DNA of 64,000 nt from Paragordius varius (lineage: Eukaryota > Animalia > Nematomorpha): NCBI GenBank assembly GCA_964247055.1, contig OZ176054.1, positions 1,302,001 to 1,366,000 of the forward strand, written 5' to 3'. Position 1 is the stretch's first letter. Each line of letters begins with the position of its first letter. A model generated the notes under the pieces. That model ran no database searches. It worked only from the letters and a program-made list of their open reading frames with translations, and was not told where the DNA came from. Shown one piece after another: positions 1-13,522 of this stretch. The translations under genes and the position numbers were made by a program.

Positions 1-3000
1 TCATTACCATCATTAGAAAAGGTGTATTGGACTAGAAGCTTATGTATGCTCTATCGATTAAACATCAAACAAAGATTCGGAATATTGAAAGTTATGATTT
101 CTTGGGAAGGAGTGTGACATAAAACGCCAGACAACGCAATTTCCAATAATTAATTTATTCCATACATCATTCAAAAAACCTGGGCAGACTAGAAGACTAA
201 CAGTAAAATAATGTTCCGTCTCATATGGCATTCATCTTTTACCAGAGCAGGAGCCAAATATGTACAGGCCGATTCAGTTGATTACCTTTAATTGCATGTC
301 CAAATCATTTTCCAAATAAAATATAAATTTCCAACTATTATTTTTATTTAAATGATTTTAATTTTTCGTTACCCTATTTCAAACTCAATAATAGAAAATT
401 CTGATGAAATTTATATATGCCGTTACATTATTTAAAGTGCTCTTGGTAAGAGGCATATAAAGTAAAAAAATACTTTTGTTTTCACTATATCAAAAAATTG
501 TAAATCGTTTATCTTTATTTCACGTAATCAGTCATTGAGCCTTATTATAAAGTATCATATGTTTAAAAAACGAAATGCTTCCTTCTAACTATTAATAACA
601 TTTATAGAAATTAAAAGCTAGTTTGTCCATTGAATTTTATATTTTGGAGTATTCTACGGTTGTTGTCGCCATGTTTATAATATAAGCTAAATTAGTATGC
701 TATTATAATTCAAAATATTGTATTTTATTGCATTTAAATAATCGTTTTAATAAAATCCATCTGAGCTTTCCCTTAGAATATTTGAGGATAATTTTTTACA
801 TGACAACTATATATTTATAAAGAAATGTAAAAAACCTCGTAAATTTTATGGAAAAAGTTTTCACCTGTTACCTCGTTTCCAACATACTTCATAATAGGTT
901 ATACGTTTCAAAAAATTTGTTAATAAACGTGCTAAACATTAATTGAATGGTTTTATTATATAATGTCCAAATGATTTCACTAAAATTTAAGAGCTTATCT
1001 ACGACTACTCCCGTATATTAATGCACCAAACCAAGCAAAGAAAACACGCTCTACGATGATATTTTTAATAAGGGCGGAATTGGTTTTCAATCAACTATAA
1101 TTTAAAACAATTTCTGTAAACTCGCCAAGTTTTTCCGCTCAGGTAAAATTAGGGTCATGACATTTTGTTTAAACGAGTTTTTGAATTCTAAATGATGAAT
1201 AAATAAGTTAACTAAGTCAAGCTTTAAAAATCACTTGCAAAACAATGAATAACCACCTTTAACAATTTAAATTCATTCTTAAAATTTTTTGAAATTTCCT
1301 CGAACACGAATCATCCTTAAGGTAATTTTAGGAAATCATATAAAATATATTTTTATTTCAATTGTTATGCTTTATATATTAATTTTTATGCGCCTCTTTA
1401 TCTGTTCAAGAATGCATTTTGATTCGTGATATATCATTCAAAATAGTAGTGAAAACTCAATGCATGTTAATATGTTTTACATCAATAATTAACATTGGAC
1501 ATAGGAAACAAACCCATGAAACAAAAGCCTGATCCTCCAAAAATATATTTAACTAATCGATGTAAATAGCTCAAACTTTGTGTACAATGATTTAAAAAAT
1601 ATAAAACAAAAAAGTTTTTTTTAAACCAAAAGCTTTTTAATTTATTTTTTTTACTCATAAACCATAATTATATTAAAATAATTTATATTATTTTTAAATT
1701 AGTTTTTTACAATATTTTGAGTTGAAAATTCTGACTATTAAGAGCCATTACATCACATTGATTTAAATGACTTACTACCATTCGAAGATTCAATCTTTTG
1801 CACCATCTAAAAAATTTTGAGTTTAAAGTTGAATTGGGGCCAAAAAATTTCGATAAACACCAAGAGAAATTTTGGGTATTAGACCAATTTTTTATACTAT
1901 TTATGTCCTTCAATGTAATAAATTAAAATGGCACTTAATAGTCAGAGTTGTCTATATTTATAGAACTGGCCACTTATTTTATTTGTGTTACAACCCGTTG
2001 TTTGAAAATAAATGGAATATTCTATACCATCATTACACAATTTTGACCAAGTAATGTTAATTTCAATTTTGAAATGTCTGATGTGATATTGTCATAAAAT
2101 TATTTAAATGTTATACCGACGCGCATAAATATGTGTCTTAAAAGAATTTATCTGGCTATATGTGATTGTCATACACCTCATGTACAAATGTAACAATTTT
2201 GTTCATATTCGATTTCATGGCGCAAGTATAATAACTATAAAATAATAGTTTGTTTCCCAAAATACTGTAATAAATTATCTCTATAATATTAACAAATATT
2301 GTTGTCCGGAAAGTGTGAAATCCACAACCAGCTCAAGTAATAATTATATTAATTTCTGAAAAAAAATCAAGTTAATATTAAATTTTTTTATTTTATATAA
2401 GAACTATATATTGAGACCATTATTAAAACTAAATGTACAGAATGGTGTGGTAGTAGAACTATAGCTAATCCTTATTTGTACTTTAAGTTCGAATCGGGAT
2501 ACAACCCAGACAAAGTTTAAGTTGATATTAAACTAAAACTCTTTAAATTTAAGCTTCTATTCTAATTAAAATAATTAAGCCAAAATCATAAAGCTTAGAT
2601 TTTAAATAAGTTTCATATCAAACTAGTTCGATGCTATTTTTATTTTAGAACATTATATTGAAATATTATGTATATTTGACTTTAAAATAAATCTATTTTT
2701 TTAAATTCACAAACATTGATCAAAAGAAAAAAAATAGTTTTTTCATTACTTTATTTAGTCATTGGACATGTATTGGCTAAATTGTTATGTAGTTCTACGA
2801 ATTGAGTAATATGAAGTATTTTCTAAATTTTTTTATAATTTGGTTCATCAATGTTATACTCGTACAAACTTTTCCTATGGTTTCGATTAGTGCCATATTC
2901 TTAGAAATATTTAAACAGGCCTGGGATCCCCAAAGACCCAATTTGAGTCGGAAGACTGATATTCAGCTATGCTTGAAATTTTAAGAGAATTTTCATGGCT

Positions 3001-3184
3001 GGTTATTTCTTTGTTCATTTTAATGTTTTTATACGCTAAAAGCGATATCTTTATTACATGATAAAATCAGTTACCCTATTAACAGCGCTAAGAACTTAGT
3101 ATTAATGATTTTGCTCTTTGCCAATTTTATTAGCTAATTTTGGGAATAATTTATAGTTTAGTCTAATTTCTTCTCGATTATGGG

Positions 3185-5960
3185 GATCATAATAATAATT
3201 ACATTATATGATATCCCTCTTTTTAGCAGTCAGCCATACGTAAGCTATTTCGCCATAGAACCCTGTATATGGCGTCATCGTGTTTTAGGCTCAGTTTTGC
3301 CATGTCCCTCTTAATTGTTTCTATCCATCGCGTTTTAGGTCGCCCTCTTCCCCTCTTACCTTTCACAATATAATCATCAATCTTTTTACCAATGTAATTA
3401 TTATCTCTTCTTTCTACATGTCCAAACCATCTTAGACGATTTACCATAATTTTTGCGTTACTGGTTTAATTTTCGTACCTCCAATTATGTAGACATTTCT
3501 CTTGTCATTCCTCTTACACCGCACATCAATCTAAGCATTCTTATTGCAAAAACGCTCTGTTCTGATTTCTTTATTGCCCATGTCTGTGATTGTACATCAT
3601 TGTTGGCTATCCAACAGCACTTTTAATCTTACCTCTGACTTTTAGGTCAATATTTTTATCACACAATATATTTGAGAACATTTTATAATTTGCCCAACTA
3701 TTTTGAATTCTTAAATTTATATCAGTTAAAAAACCATCTGTTGCTAAAATCGCTCCTAATGCATTCCTCCAGACTTTTTAATACCCACCCTTCTAAATCC
3801 AATTCTCGTTTTTTCCCACCGAAATTTATAAGTTCCGTTTTCTTTTTATTAACTTTTAAACCGCATCGTAGTAACATATCCCATTTACCCACCAATCCTT
3901 GAAATTCATGCAACTCGTCTGCCAGCACTATTAGGTCGTCTGCATAAAAAATACCAGTATCCATGTTGCCCCATTTTTAAAATTTACTCCATGCATACTA
4001 TAAGTAGTAACGGACCGATTGACCCCTGATAGGCGCTTTGACTTATTTCGATAGGATGTGACACTTCCTGGTATGTTTCAACTTTGGTATGGTGTGACTC
4101 GTACATGCTTTTTAGAATTTTTATGTAACTTTCAGGAACATTTTTTTGCCTTAAGCACCACCATTGTATTCCGTGGTATTCTGTCAAACGCCTTTTCAAC
4201 ACAATTAAAATATCATGCTACTATATGCTTTTCGATTAGCCTTCTTACTGCGTGAATCGGATCAATGGTGGATTTTCCTGGAATAAAACCAAATTGATTA
4301 CCCTCTATACTAACCATTTTTCTCATTCGTTTCTCTAGAACTTTCTCAAATAACATTGTATGCCACATCAAACTTATCCCTCTGTCATTATAGCAATCGT
4401 TAATATATCCTTTACCTTTAAGAATAAGAAAAGTGAAACCCTTCTTCCATTCGGTTGGTATCATACCTGTAGTAACTACATTATTAAAAATATCCGTCAA
4501 AAATTCAATACCTTTCTCTGAAATTATTTTCAAACAGTATATAATAATATCGTCTGGACCTGCAGCCTTATTTATAGACATCTCTTCTAAACCAGCCTGG
4601 ATTTCTTCTTTTGTTATACTTTCAATATGCGCAGATGTATAATCTGGTGTTTAGGGTAAATTTGTCACTGACGCCCAATTCAAAATCCTGGAAATAATCT
4701 TTCCCCCTTTTCAATGTTTTCGCTTCCTCAACGAGTTATTTTCCGTTTTTATCTTTAATAGCGGTCGCGTAGGGGGCAGTCCAGCTTTCGTCTGTGTCTT
4801 AGTCGAACAATTTTAAAAACTTTGTTTAGACCTAGCTTACTGTTTAACTCCTCATATAATGATGCCGTCTTTTCTTTTTTCACCGATCTTACAAGCCTTT
4901 AAAGCTCCTTATTAATCCTTTTACATTTTTCCTTGTCTTCCGCATGGTGGGTTAACCTCCACATTTTAAAAGCTTTACTTTTCTCTCGCGATTTCAGAAT
5001 TATTTTTTCGTCTTTCAGTCATGCCTCATAAACCTGATTTTTACCACCTTTCCTTCCGCACACCTTAACTCCCGCCTCTCTATTGCCACATGAGATTAAA
5101 CACCTCCGAATCGCGGTTCCTGTCTAGCATGCCTACCGTTTCTACAAATCGTTCTTTACTGTTTCTTAAGGAAGCAAATTTAATCACCTTCGGCGCTATA
5201 AACTTTTATTTTTTAACATTTATTATCTGTCATATATTTACACACAAATATATTATGTTGTGTGCTAATCTGCAAGTTAGGTGTGACTTTGCACTCCACA
5301 ACTTAAAAACTCTGGTGGTACCAGAATATAATCGATTTGTGACTTCTTATTTCTACTTTCGTAGGTAGTTAAATAGCTATCCCTTTTAGTAAAAAAGGTG
5401 TTTGTTATAGCTAAGTTAAATTGAGCAAATTTTAATAAACAAGTCTTTTTTTTATAACCCCATAACCTTTTCCGCTGTCCTATTTTGTCCCACAAGGCCA
5501 TTGAAATCACCACAAAATATTATTTCTCTGTCTTACGTTAATGAAGTATTTCTGTGTCTAACAAATCACAAAATTTATCCTTTTCAGGTTTAGTTAACAC
5601 TATCTGAAACGCTTTGTAAAAACCCTTTTATTTAACAGGTCGACACTTATAACTCTACTGTCAGCACGTCTAACATCGATTCTTGAATGGCAAATCATGG
5701 ACACACTATTATGGCGACTCCAGTTATAACCTGAAAACATTTTATAGTTACCCTCTAATGTTTTAGTGCTGTTTCCACGATATCTGTCCTGAATGCACAA
5801 AAAATTACCTTTTTACCCTCATAGTTTCAACTAAATCATATAACTTACTTCTTAACTCAACATTTATACTGGCAAAACACACTCTGCAACCTTCCGTATC
5901 TCTATTGGCCCCTACCTCCGTGCAGCGATTGGCCAGGTCTGGCCTGGACTACAAAAAAAA
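3185..5960 (-). mobile_element. Degenerate near full-length RTE-clade LINE (APE + RT), copy A
   Basis: Minus-strand fragments in the expected order: APE start (RVCFASINV...LCIQD), NTFFTK...SQIDYILV, KAAGPDDI, QFGFIPGKSTIDPIHAVRRLIEK, FYADDL, and the RTE C-terminus RLRWFGHVERR...GKRGRGRPKTRW. Short (ATT)n tail near 3190. Many stops and frameshifts. Confidence 0.9.
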
Positions 5961-6244
5961 CCCATAAAAAACAAAAATATATTAATAAGAATAATTATAA
6001 TGGATAAAATAAACACTAGAATACATACTAACGAATATAAATGTAACCAAAAAATGAAACCAAAAATTTAACCAAAATAAAATAGATAAATTAATATATC
6101 AATAAATAAAAATAAAAAATTATAATGATATTTTTATTCTCAATATATGCGTAAAATAATTTTACCTTTTTATTGGGAAAATTCAAATTAATTATAATTG
6201 ACCTCAAAAAATCATGAAGCAAGGGCCTGGTAAAGTTTAAATTA

Positions 6245-7193
6245 TACTTGAGTTAAAAAATAATATTAATAAAAACACCCCAGTTTGTTCTATATTTTAT
6301 TAATATATTTTTATAATTACCGGATTCATCTATGGATTGTTCTTGCTTTGCATCTAGAAATGCGTAACGTAAATTAACATGTAATAAACATCACTTTTTT
6401 AACATTATTTGCCTAAACTATATTATGGCTATTTTAACTGATACCTTAAAATGAATAAAATAAATGCGATTTAAATGATGTTTTTGGTATTGGGTAAATA
6501 TCTTGTAGGCACAAAAACCGCCATTGTCTTTCTATATGAGTGAAAAACATATAGCTATTTAATCTCTAAGTTAGGACTTTTGACAAAAGAGACACCATTT
6601 ATTACAAAGTCTTCTTAATTTTTTAAGAATATTGCTTTATGTAAGTGTGTAACTTTGTACAAGTATTAACACAATTAAACAATTATTGTTATGATACAAA
6701 TCTAAATCAAAAATAAATTTTTTAAAAGCGATGTTTTATAAACATAGTTTTCTTTTGACATATTACCCATGTTTACTACTAATTTACATGTTTGAACAGC
6801 AAGATTTACCAACTTTGCAGTAACAAACGATATTTCTTAAATTGTAGGTTTATAATACCTGAGCTGGGAACTCGCTTCTTACGGAACACTTTTCGAAGGG
6901 TTCCTAACAAGCTTTCTCCGGGCACCCCGAGTTTCCTCGCCTCGCCATCTAAACAATAATTAATCAGCATTAGGATAAATTAAACTTGCACTCTTAAAAG
7001 CAAGCAAGAAATATTTAAAAAATCTTACCCGGAGGATCCACTCTCCTCTTCCGGAAGAAGCCCCACCGTTTCTTCCACCGGGGACAACAGGCTCGATTCC
7101 TCCTTGAATCAGCTGTTGTCCCCTCATCACTATCGTTCCTTGCAATCACTTCTTCTGCTTCTCTTTCCACACAACAACAACTTAGCGTTAAAA
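6245..7193 (-). pseudogene. Kinase-paralog 5' fragment (most of exon 1, exons 2 and 3), left arm of fold-back A
   Basis: The reverse complement reads [54 protein letters not shown], then gtaag intron, DGEARKLGVPGESLLGTLRKVFRKKRVPSS, intron, DAKQEQSIDES. These are homologous to exons 1-3 of the gene at 21946. The first codons, ATG and promoter are missing. Confidence 0.85.
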
Positions 7194-9833
7194 GTGATGA
7201 GGAGATGTTAGGGATTCTGGAAGGAATCGTAAGGGCTGTCCCCAGTGGAAGAAAAGGTTGAATTTCTTCTGAAAAAAGCAAAAAGGTGTTCCGCCGGGTA
7301 AGACTTTTTAAATTTCTTGCTTGCTTTTAATGCAATTCTAATTCATCCTAATGCTGATTAATTATTGTTTAGATGGCGAGGCTGAGAATGTCGGGGAGCG
7401 TGGGAAGAGCTAGTTAGGAACCTTGAGAAAAGCGTTCGGTAAGAAGCGGCATCTCGGTCTAGTTTCTAAACCTATAAAATTAATTAAACATTTTCTATTA
7501 CATCACTTTTAAAATTATTATCTTTAATTTAGATTTACATCATAAACTTAATTTAATTTGATCAAATATGCTTGAAAGTTTCCTTACACAACTAATATAT
7601 AGAATGCTAAGAAATATTCCTAAAAAATCAAGTAAAATTGTTGATAAATGGTTTTTCTCAAAAGTCTAAACTTAAAGATTAAATTAGATTTAAATGTTTT
7701 TTATTCATAGTAGGGAGAAAACAACGGCGGTTTTGTTTCTACATTATTTTTATTCAATGCCAAATAAACCAAATTAATCTTTTGTTTTATTCATCCCAAC
7801 GTATCTGTTATAAGATAATTTAGTTAAATTGTATTAAATAAAGATATTTTGAACTTTAACGCAGTACAAAATTAAAACATATTTTGCCTGATTACAACAT
7901 CGGTGTGGTATATTACACACTCACAAAAATGTATCCTGATGAAATATATATATTCTGATAGGAAAGTATCAGGATTATCATGGTTTTGGTTTAACCTTTA
8001 CGAGTTATCAAAGAAAGTTATTTACACTTTTGTGTTTGCTCCGTATAAAATTGTAAAAGGTGCGCAATTTTTTCAAATATATGTTTTGGTGAAAGCTAAA
8101 TGCTTAATTTCAAAAGATATCACAAAAAAATATAACATAAACTACATATATAAAGCAAAACGATATTTTTAAGTTTAAATTTCCAGATGTAAGCTCTAAA
8201 AGTCCCAATTTTTTGCTTGTTTTAAAATTACAGTTCTCTTAAAAACAAAATTTCGACATTGTGTTATAATTTCAAATAGGTTATTTTTATCGACTTAATA
8301 TATTTTTTAAAAATGCATACTTTAAAAATTTAATATTTAGCAAAATTTGAAGCGTTTTTAACCATGATGGAAACGATACAAACGGTTGAGATGCTATACC
8401 ATTTATATATATATAATTCGATAACGCCAAACATTTTTATCGCTCAGAATTTTGATTATAATTTTCGCTCCTTTTTAAATAAAAATTGTAGTTTACAAAA
8501 ATTCACCAAAATTTGCAAGCAAACAAACCTTTAGGTTAAAAATTCCATAGTAATGTTCAACATCATTAAACTATTTAAAAAAGGAGTTTTATTATATCTT
8601 AAAGCTTTATGTTTCCATTCTGCTTCAAAATAGTTTGCGCTTCAACAAAATGTCAAAAATTTGTTTATGCAAAAAATAAGAAAACTAATATAAATTAAAA
8701 TTTAAGAAAAAAATTAAGGAATATCATACCTCCCACCTAATGAGTATAGTCGTTAAAACTAATAATTTTTTAAAAAAGGTCATTTCGTTATCATATGCTA
8801 TATATATTAAATTTTATGTAAAAAGAACCATTAGCCTGTATCTTAGGATGCGAGATTTATAGTTTCGCCACTGCACCAAAGGTTGCAATTCTAAGAAGTT
8901 TGACCGATCCAAAACCCAATTTTATGTAACATACGAGTGGAAAATAAAATATTAACCAATTAAAAATAGGCCAATCTTAGTTCTTTACCGCAAAATGAAA
9001 CATTTCATTACAAATTATGTGGTTAGAGAGTACTATACTAAATCTTTTTTTGAAATAAAAGATAATTAGTATATATTTATATAAATTATTTTTTTAATTT
9101 CAAAAAGCAGTTCAAAAGTGGGCGCATAGAGGCGCACTTTTTTTCTAAAAACCCAGTACTATGCTGCGAAAAACAGCCTATCTGGTCACATTACGTTAAG
9201 ATAGTTTTAAATAGTATTTATAAAAAATATTACATGTTTTGCATTGATGTATTATTACATATTAATTTACGTTACGCATTTCTAGATGCAAAGCAAGAAC
9301 AATCCATATATGAATCAAGTAATTATGCAAAAAAATTAATTAATAACAAAATATATAACAAACAGGGGTGTTTTTAAATAATGTTAACTAAATATATTTA
9401 TGCAATAAATTCGATATTCGCCATCATGTTTAAAATTTGATATTTAATAAATTATGCGACACCTTTTTTACCACTTCCTTGTAAGATTCTAAAAAAATTT
9501 TTTTTTATTCAGTTTACTTCAGTACCTATCCGCAAGAGGAGGGCGCTGGTAATTTTTTTGAGCCTGCAAAAACAAGTAGATTACAATTATATTGTGATAT
9601 TTTTTTGGGGAAATAGATACTAAACAATCAAATTTAAATAAATCTTGAATTTTAGAGTATATTAATTTTAACCTTTATTTAGTAGTAAAAAAGAAATCGG
9701 TTAGCATAACTTCATCTCAGTTCAGTTCCGCTAAATCTTGTTAGCAAAAGAACTCATGTTATATATAAAATTATTATATAAATACTTTTTACAATTTATT
9801 ATAAAAATGTCAATATTTTAGCATCCAGTTATC
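7194..9833 (+). pseudogene. Kinase-paralog 5' fragment (part of exon 1, exons 2-5, start of exon 6), right arm of fold-back A
   Basis: Exon homologs at 7194-7297, 7373-7460, 9286-9318, 9513-9575, 9683-9757 and 9822-9833. In-frame stops: TGA in exon 1, TAG in exon 2, TAG at 9742-9744. Homology ends inside exon 6, and no kinase-domain exons follow. Confidence 0.85.
7855..9225. mobile_element. Non-coding insertion, probable non-autonomous transposon, in intron 2 of the right arm
   Basis: Present here and at about 60890-62135, but absent from the same site in copy B (35895 and 38345, empty site aaagata(a/t)tataagttttgc). Flanks aaagatatt / aaaaatatt resemble a duplicated target. No clear TIRs were seen. 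Confidence 0.35.
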
Positions 9834-10519
9834 CTTTTAAAACTCGAAGAAACTGCCAACAAATAATAATTTTAACGATGTATTGATCAAAATCGACCGG
9901 AACAAGCCAGAAGACATAAGTGATTTCGCTACATACAATAGCATCTCTAAAACTAGTAAAGGCACCTAATCGCTAGATCTAATTTTCGGACCGATGTTTT
10001 TCACAAAAGACAATCAGATAGAGATTAATTCAAACAATTATGAATAAAATATCCCTTTCAAAATTAGGCGTCCAAAACATTTACCCTTTTTGGAGTTACC
10101 ATAAATACAAACTTTAGAAAATATAATAAAACTTCCAACTACTAAACTGATTATACAATGATCTAAAATATTCGTTTTCTTTGTATTTACAAAGTGCAAC
10201 AATCCTGATAAAATTAAATTAGATATGGGAATTAAGAATTTTTAAGTGTTACTGGCTTTGGAGCTTATGAGAAGAGTACACTTTTATGCTAATTGCTCCA
10301 CATCAAAAATCATTGTTATACATATTATCTTTTTTTCTCTAGTCCTTGGTGCCTTATTATTTTATTTTTACAAGCGTAGCCATAATTTCTTTATATTTTT
10401 CTTTTATGATTGCCATACAAAGTGAAATATTAATATTTAATTTATCCAAATTGACAACATTTATAAAGATTACTTTTTAAATTTATTTATTATACTATAT
10501 ATTTATTTATTTTTTGTAA

Positions 10520-13340
10520 AGAGGGTAATTGAGAGGGAAGGCAATGGCAAACCACCCTTGTTTTATTACTGCCAAAAAATAGTTTTACTATATGCAATCA
10601 ACGCGACTTTTCAAAGTTGGGTGCTGGAACGTACTTTCATTAACAGAAACCAAACAGGTTATAATTGAAAGGGAAATATAAAGATTGAACTTAGATATAT
10701 TCGGTCTAACAGAAACCAAGCAAAAGGTAGCGCGAAAGCACAAAATGAAAATTATACATTGTTAAGATCGAGGAGAGATGACCAGAAATCAGAAGCCGTT
10801 GCAGTATTAATAAAAAACAACTTAAATAAAAGTCTCATTAGTTATACATACACCCAGAATCATGAGTATGGCTGAATGCTAAGCCACTTAAATATGCTCC
10901 TACGCCAAACGCTCCCAAAGAAGACATAAAGAATTTTAATGCAAAGTTGCAAATAGTTTTGGATGAAACGAAGAAAGGAGATATGATTATCATAGGAGGG
11001 AATTGGAACAGCAAAGTTGGTAGAGGTAGAGTAGATTAAATAGTTGGCCCATATCGATTCGGAGAACGAAACGAGGCTGGGGAGGCACTGATCAATTTTT
11101 GCCAAGAAAATGAGATGATGATAACCAACACATGGTTTCCACAACACAATAGGAGGTTATACACATGGACCTCTCCATGTGGTAATATAATATCCAATAC
11201 ATAATATGTCCTTAAAAATGGAAAAGGAATAAACTCGATACCAGAACAAGCAAAAGCAGCGATTGCTCTAGCGATCATGAGCTTTTAGTAACCAAAATCA
11301 AACTTAAAATAATTAATAATAAGGTAAAACAGACATACATGACACTCGAACATTCCAAATAGTTTTAGAACAAAAACGAAAGATGGATTAGAAAGATTGG
11401 ACACCGAATGTAGCTCAGAACAATTATGGGGAACGATAAAAAATGTTATTAATGAAGTGGCAAAAGAAAAAGTGCAGAGAGTAAAGAGGAAAAATAATAA
11501 ATGGATAGCAAAAAAAGTTTAGAGATTACAGAAAAGCGGAGAAAATCTAAATCAAGAGGTGATAATAAAATGGTTAAATTATATAACAAAGCATTTCAAC
11601 GACAAAGGAAGGATTATGAAAATTATTTAATAACAATGTCTGTAAGTGGGATTAAATAACAAAAAAGGATTAATGCAACCAATGTTCCAGAAACTGAAGC
11701 AAATGACTCACAAACCTTATATATCATCCCAAAAGATTAGAAAAGAGTATGGCACCATATTATGCAAACAAATAGAAGTACGAGAAAAATGAAGGAATAC
11801 ACCCAAAAACTCTATCAGGCTCCTCAAGCAAAGTGTTGCAATTGAAAGAAGATGAACGTGATCCAGATATACTAAGAGAGGAGGTTGAATTAGCTTTAAA
11901 ACAAATCCTAACCACAAAGCGATGGGATTAGACAATATCCCAATAGAGTTCATAAAAGCTTTGCCTGTAGAAACGTTACACAAGTTATGTCAAAAGGTGT
12001 GGGAAACATGTGAGTGGCCAAACGACTGGATATCATCTTTATATATACAAAAAATGAGATGTACTCCAGTGCGAGAACTATCGGAACATATCTCTTATTA
12101 GCCACGCTAGTAAGGTCTTACTAAAGATAATACAAAAGAGGATGCACAGTATCATACAGTCAGAAATACCAGATAATCAAGCCGGATTTATGAAGGGAAA
12201 AAGCACAAGAGATTATATCTTAAACATGAGAAGGATAATGGAGACATCCAAAGAGTTCCAGAAAGAATTATACATGTGTTATGTTGATTACAGAGAAGCC
12301 TTCGATTCATTTTCTATGACTCCTTGTGGGAAACATTAAAGTTAGTAGGGGTATCGTCTCACTTAATAAGATTGATTAGCTCTCTTTATGTAAAACAAAG
12401 AGGGATTATTAGAACATCACCGGGGGACACTACGAAATTCCTATCTTGAAAGGAGTCATGCAAAGGTCTTGCTTATCCCCTTATCTGTTCAATATGTGCG
12501 CACAGAAATGATAATGAGGATGTTAGATGGTAAAAATATTGTAAGAATAGGAGGGATAACAATCAGTAATTTAAGGTTTGCAGACGATACCACTCTTATA
12601 GCTGAAAGTGTAAATGATTTAAAGGAATTGATTGAAGAGATTCGAAACGAAAGTTAGAGTTATGGTCTTAAGCTTAATCCTAACAAAACCAAAATATTAT
12701 GTGCTGGAGAAAAGCCTACAATTATTAGAAGTAGAAATAGAAGTTAAACAGTTAACGTTTTTGGGCGCAATAATTTTAGAGGATGGGTTTTCAACTCCTG
12801 ACATCAGAAAGAGAATAGGATTGGGTAGAGAAGCAATGACCAAATTAAAAAAGATTTGGAAAAACAAAAGCGTAAAAGTTAAAACCAAAAAAGATTACTC
12901 TACTGTTTCGTTCTCCCGGTCACCACATATGGATGTGAGAGTTGGAGTCTCAGAAAAAGGGACAAAGAAAGGCTAATGGCTTTTGAAAGGAGCTGCTGGC
13001 GTAGGATGCTAAGATACACCTGTAAGATAAAATTAAGAATGGAAATCTAACTACAGAAATAAAACCTAAAACAAACATCCTTAAGATAATTCTAAAAAGA
13101 AAGTTAACATATTTTGGTCATATCATGCGATCGAATTCTTTAGAGAAAGATACAATGTTTGGGAAGGTATAAGGGCAAAGGAAACGGGGCCGACCACCGA
13201 TGAGATGGTTGGATACGAAAAAAGAAGAGATTAAAATGACATTAAACGATCTGAATATAAAAGTTAGAAGAAAATGGAATGAAATGGTGTAAACTATATC
13301 CAAAAAGTCGTTTGCGACTTAGCAAAAACCAACCAACCAT
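10520..13340 (+). mobile_element. Degenerate full-length RTE (BovB-like) LINE
   Basis: 5' motif gggaaggcaatggcaaaccacc typical of RTE-BovB; MQSTRLFKVGCWNV APE start at 10592; NTWFPQHNRRLYTWTSP; KAMGLDNIPIE; NQAGFMKGKSTRD; NLRFADDTTLIA; GRPPMRWLD; (CAAC)n tail near 13330. Frameshifted. Confidence 0.85.
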
Positions 13341-13522
13341 AGGAGAACAGATGTAAATTGGTAATAAACTATATTCTATTTTAGAAATCGCAATTATATA
13401 TTTGTTGAAATTAAAGTTTAAACAAGTATCGTTGCTTTTTATCCTTCATACGTCCTTAATAATTTTTATTTTAACTTAAAATACAATAGTTTTATATTAT
13501 ATTACTCAAATCTGAATAATAG

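Larger units (their letters stand above)
6245..9390. repeat. Imperfect long inverted repeat (fold-back A)
   Basis: Left arm 6245-7130 pairs with 7194-7850 plus 9230-9390. Inner closure is ccctcatcac (7121-7130) with gtgatgagg (7194-), giving a 63-nt loop. A roughly 1.4 kb insertion interrupts the right arm. Confidence 0.85.
1..10900 (+). repeat. Tandem segmental duplication unit, copy A (left end outside the window)
   Basis: 1-7850 is colinear with about 27440-35900 and 52290-60890; 7490-10900 is colinear with 60430-64000. Example anchor: 'gtatgctctatcgattaaacatcaaacaa' near 45, 27487 and 52346. Boundaries approximate. Confidence 0.9.

Noticed and set aside
7015-7281. Minus-strand ORFs that cross the fold-back junction in frame into kinase exon 1 (also 39020-39262 and 59891-60193)
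   Set aside because: All three start at TTG rather than ATG in the ORF track, and their first part is simply the antisense of the other arm. There is no evidence for a chimeric protein.
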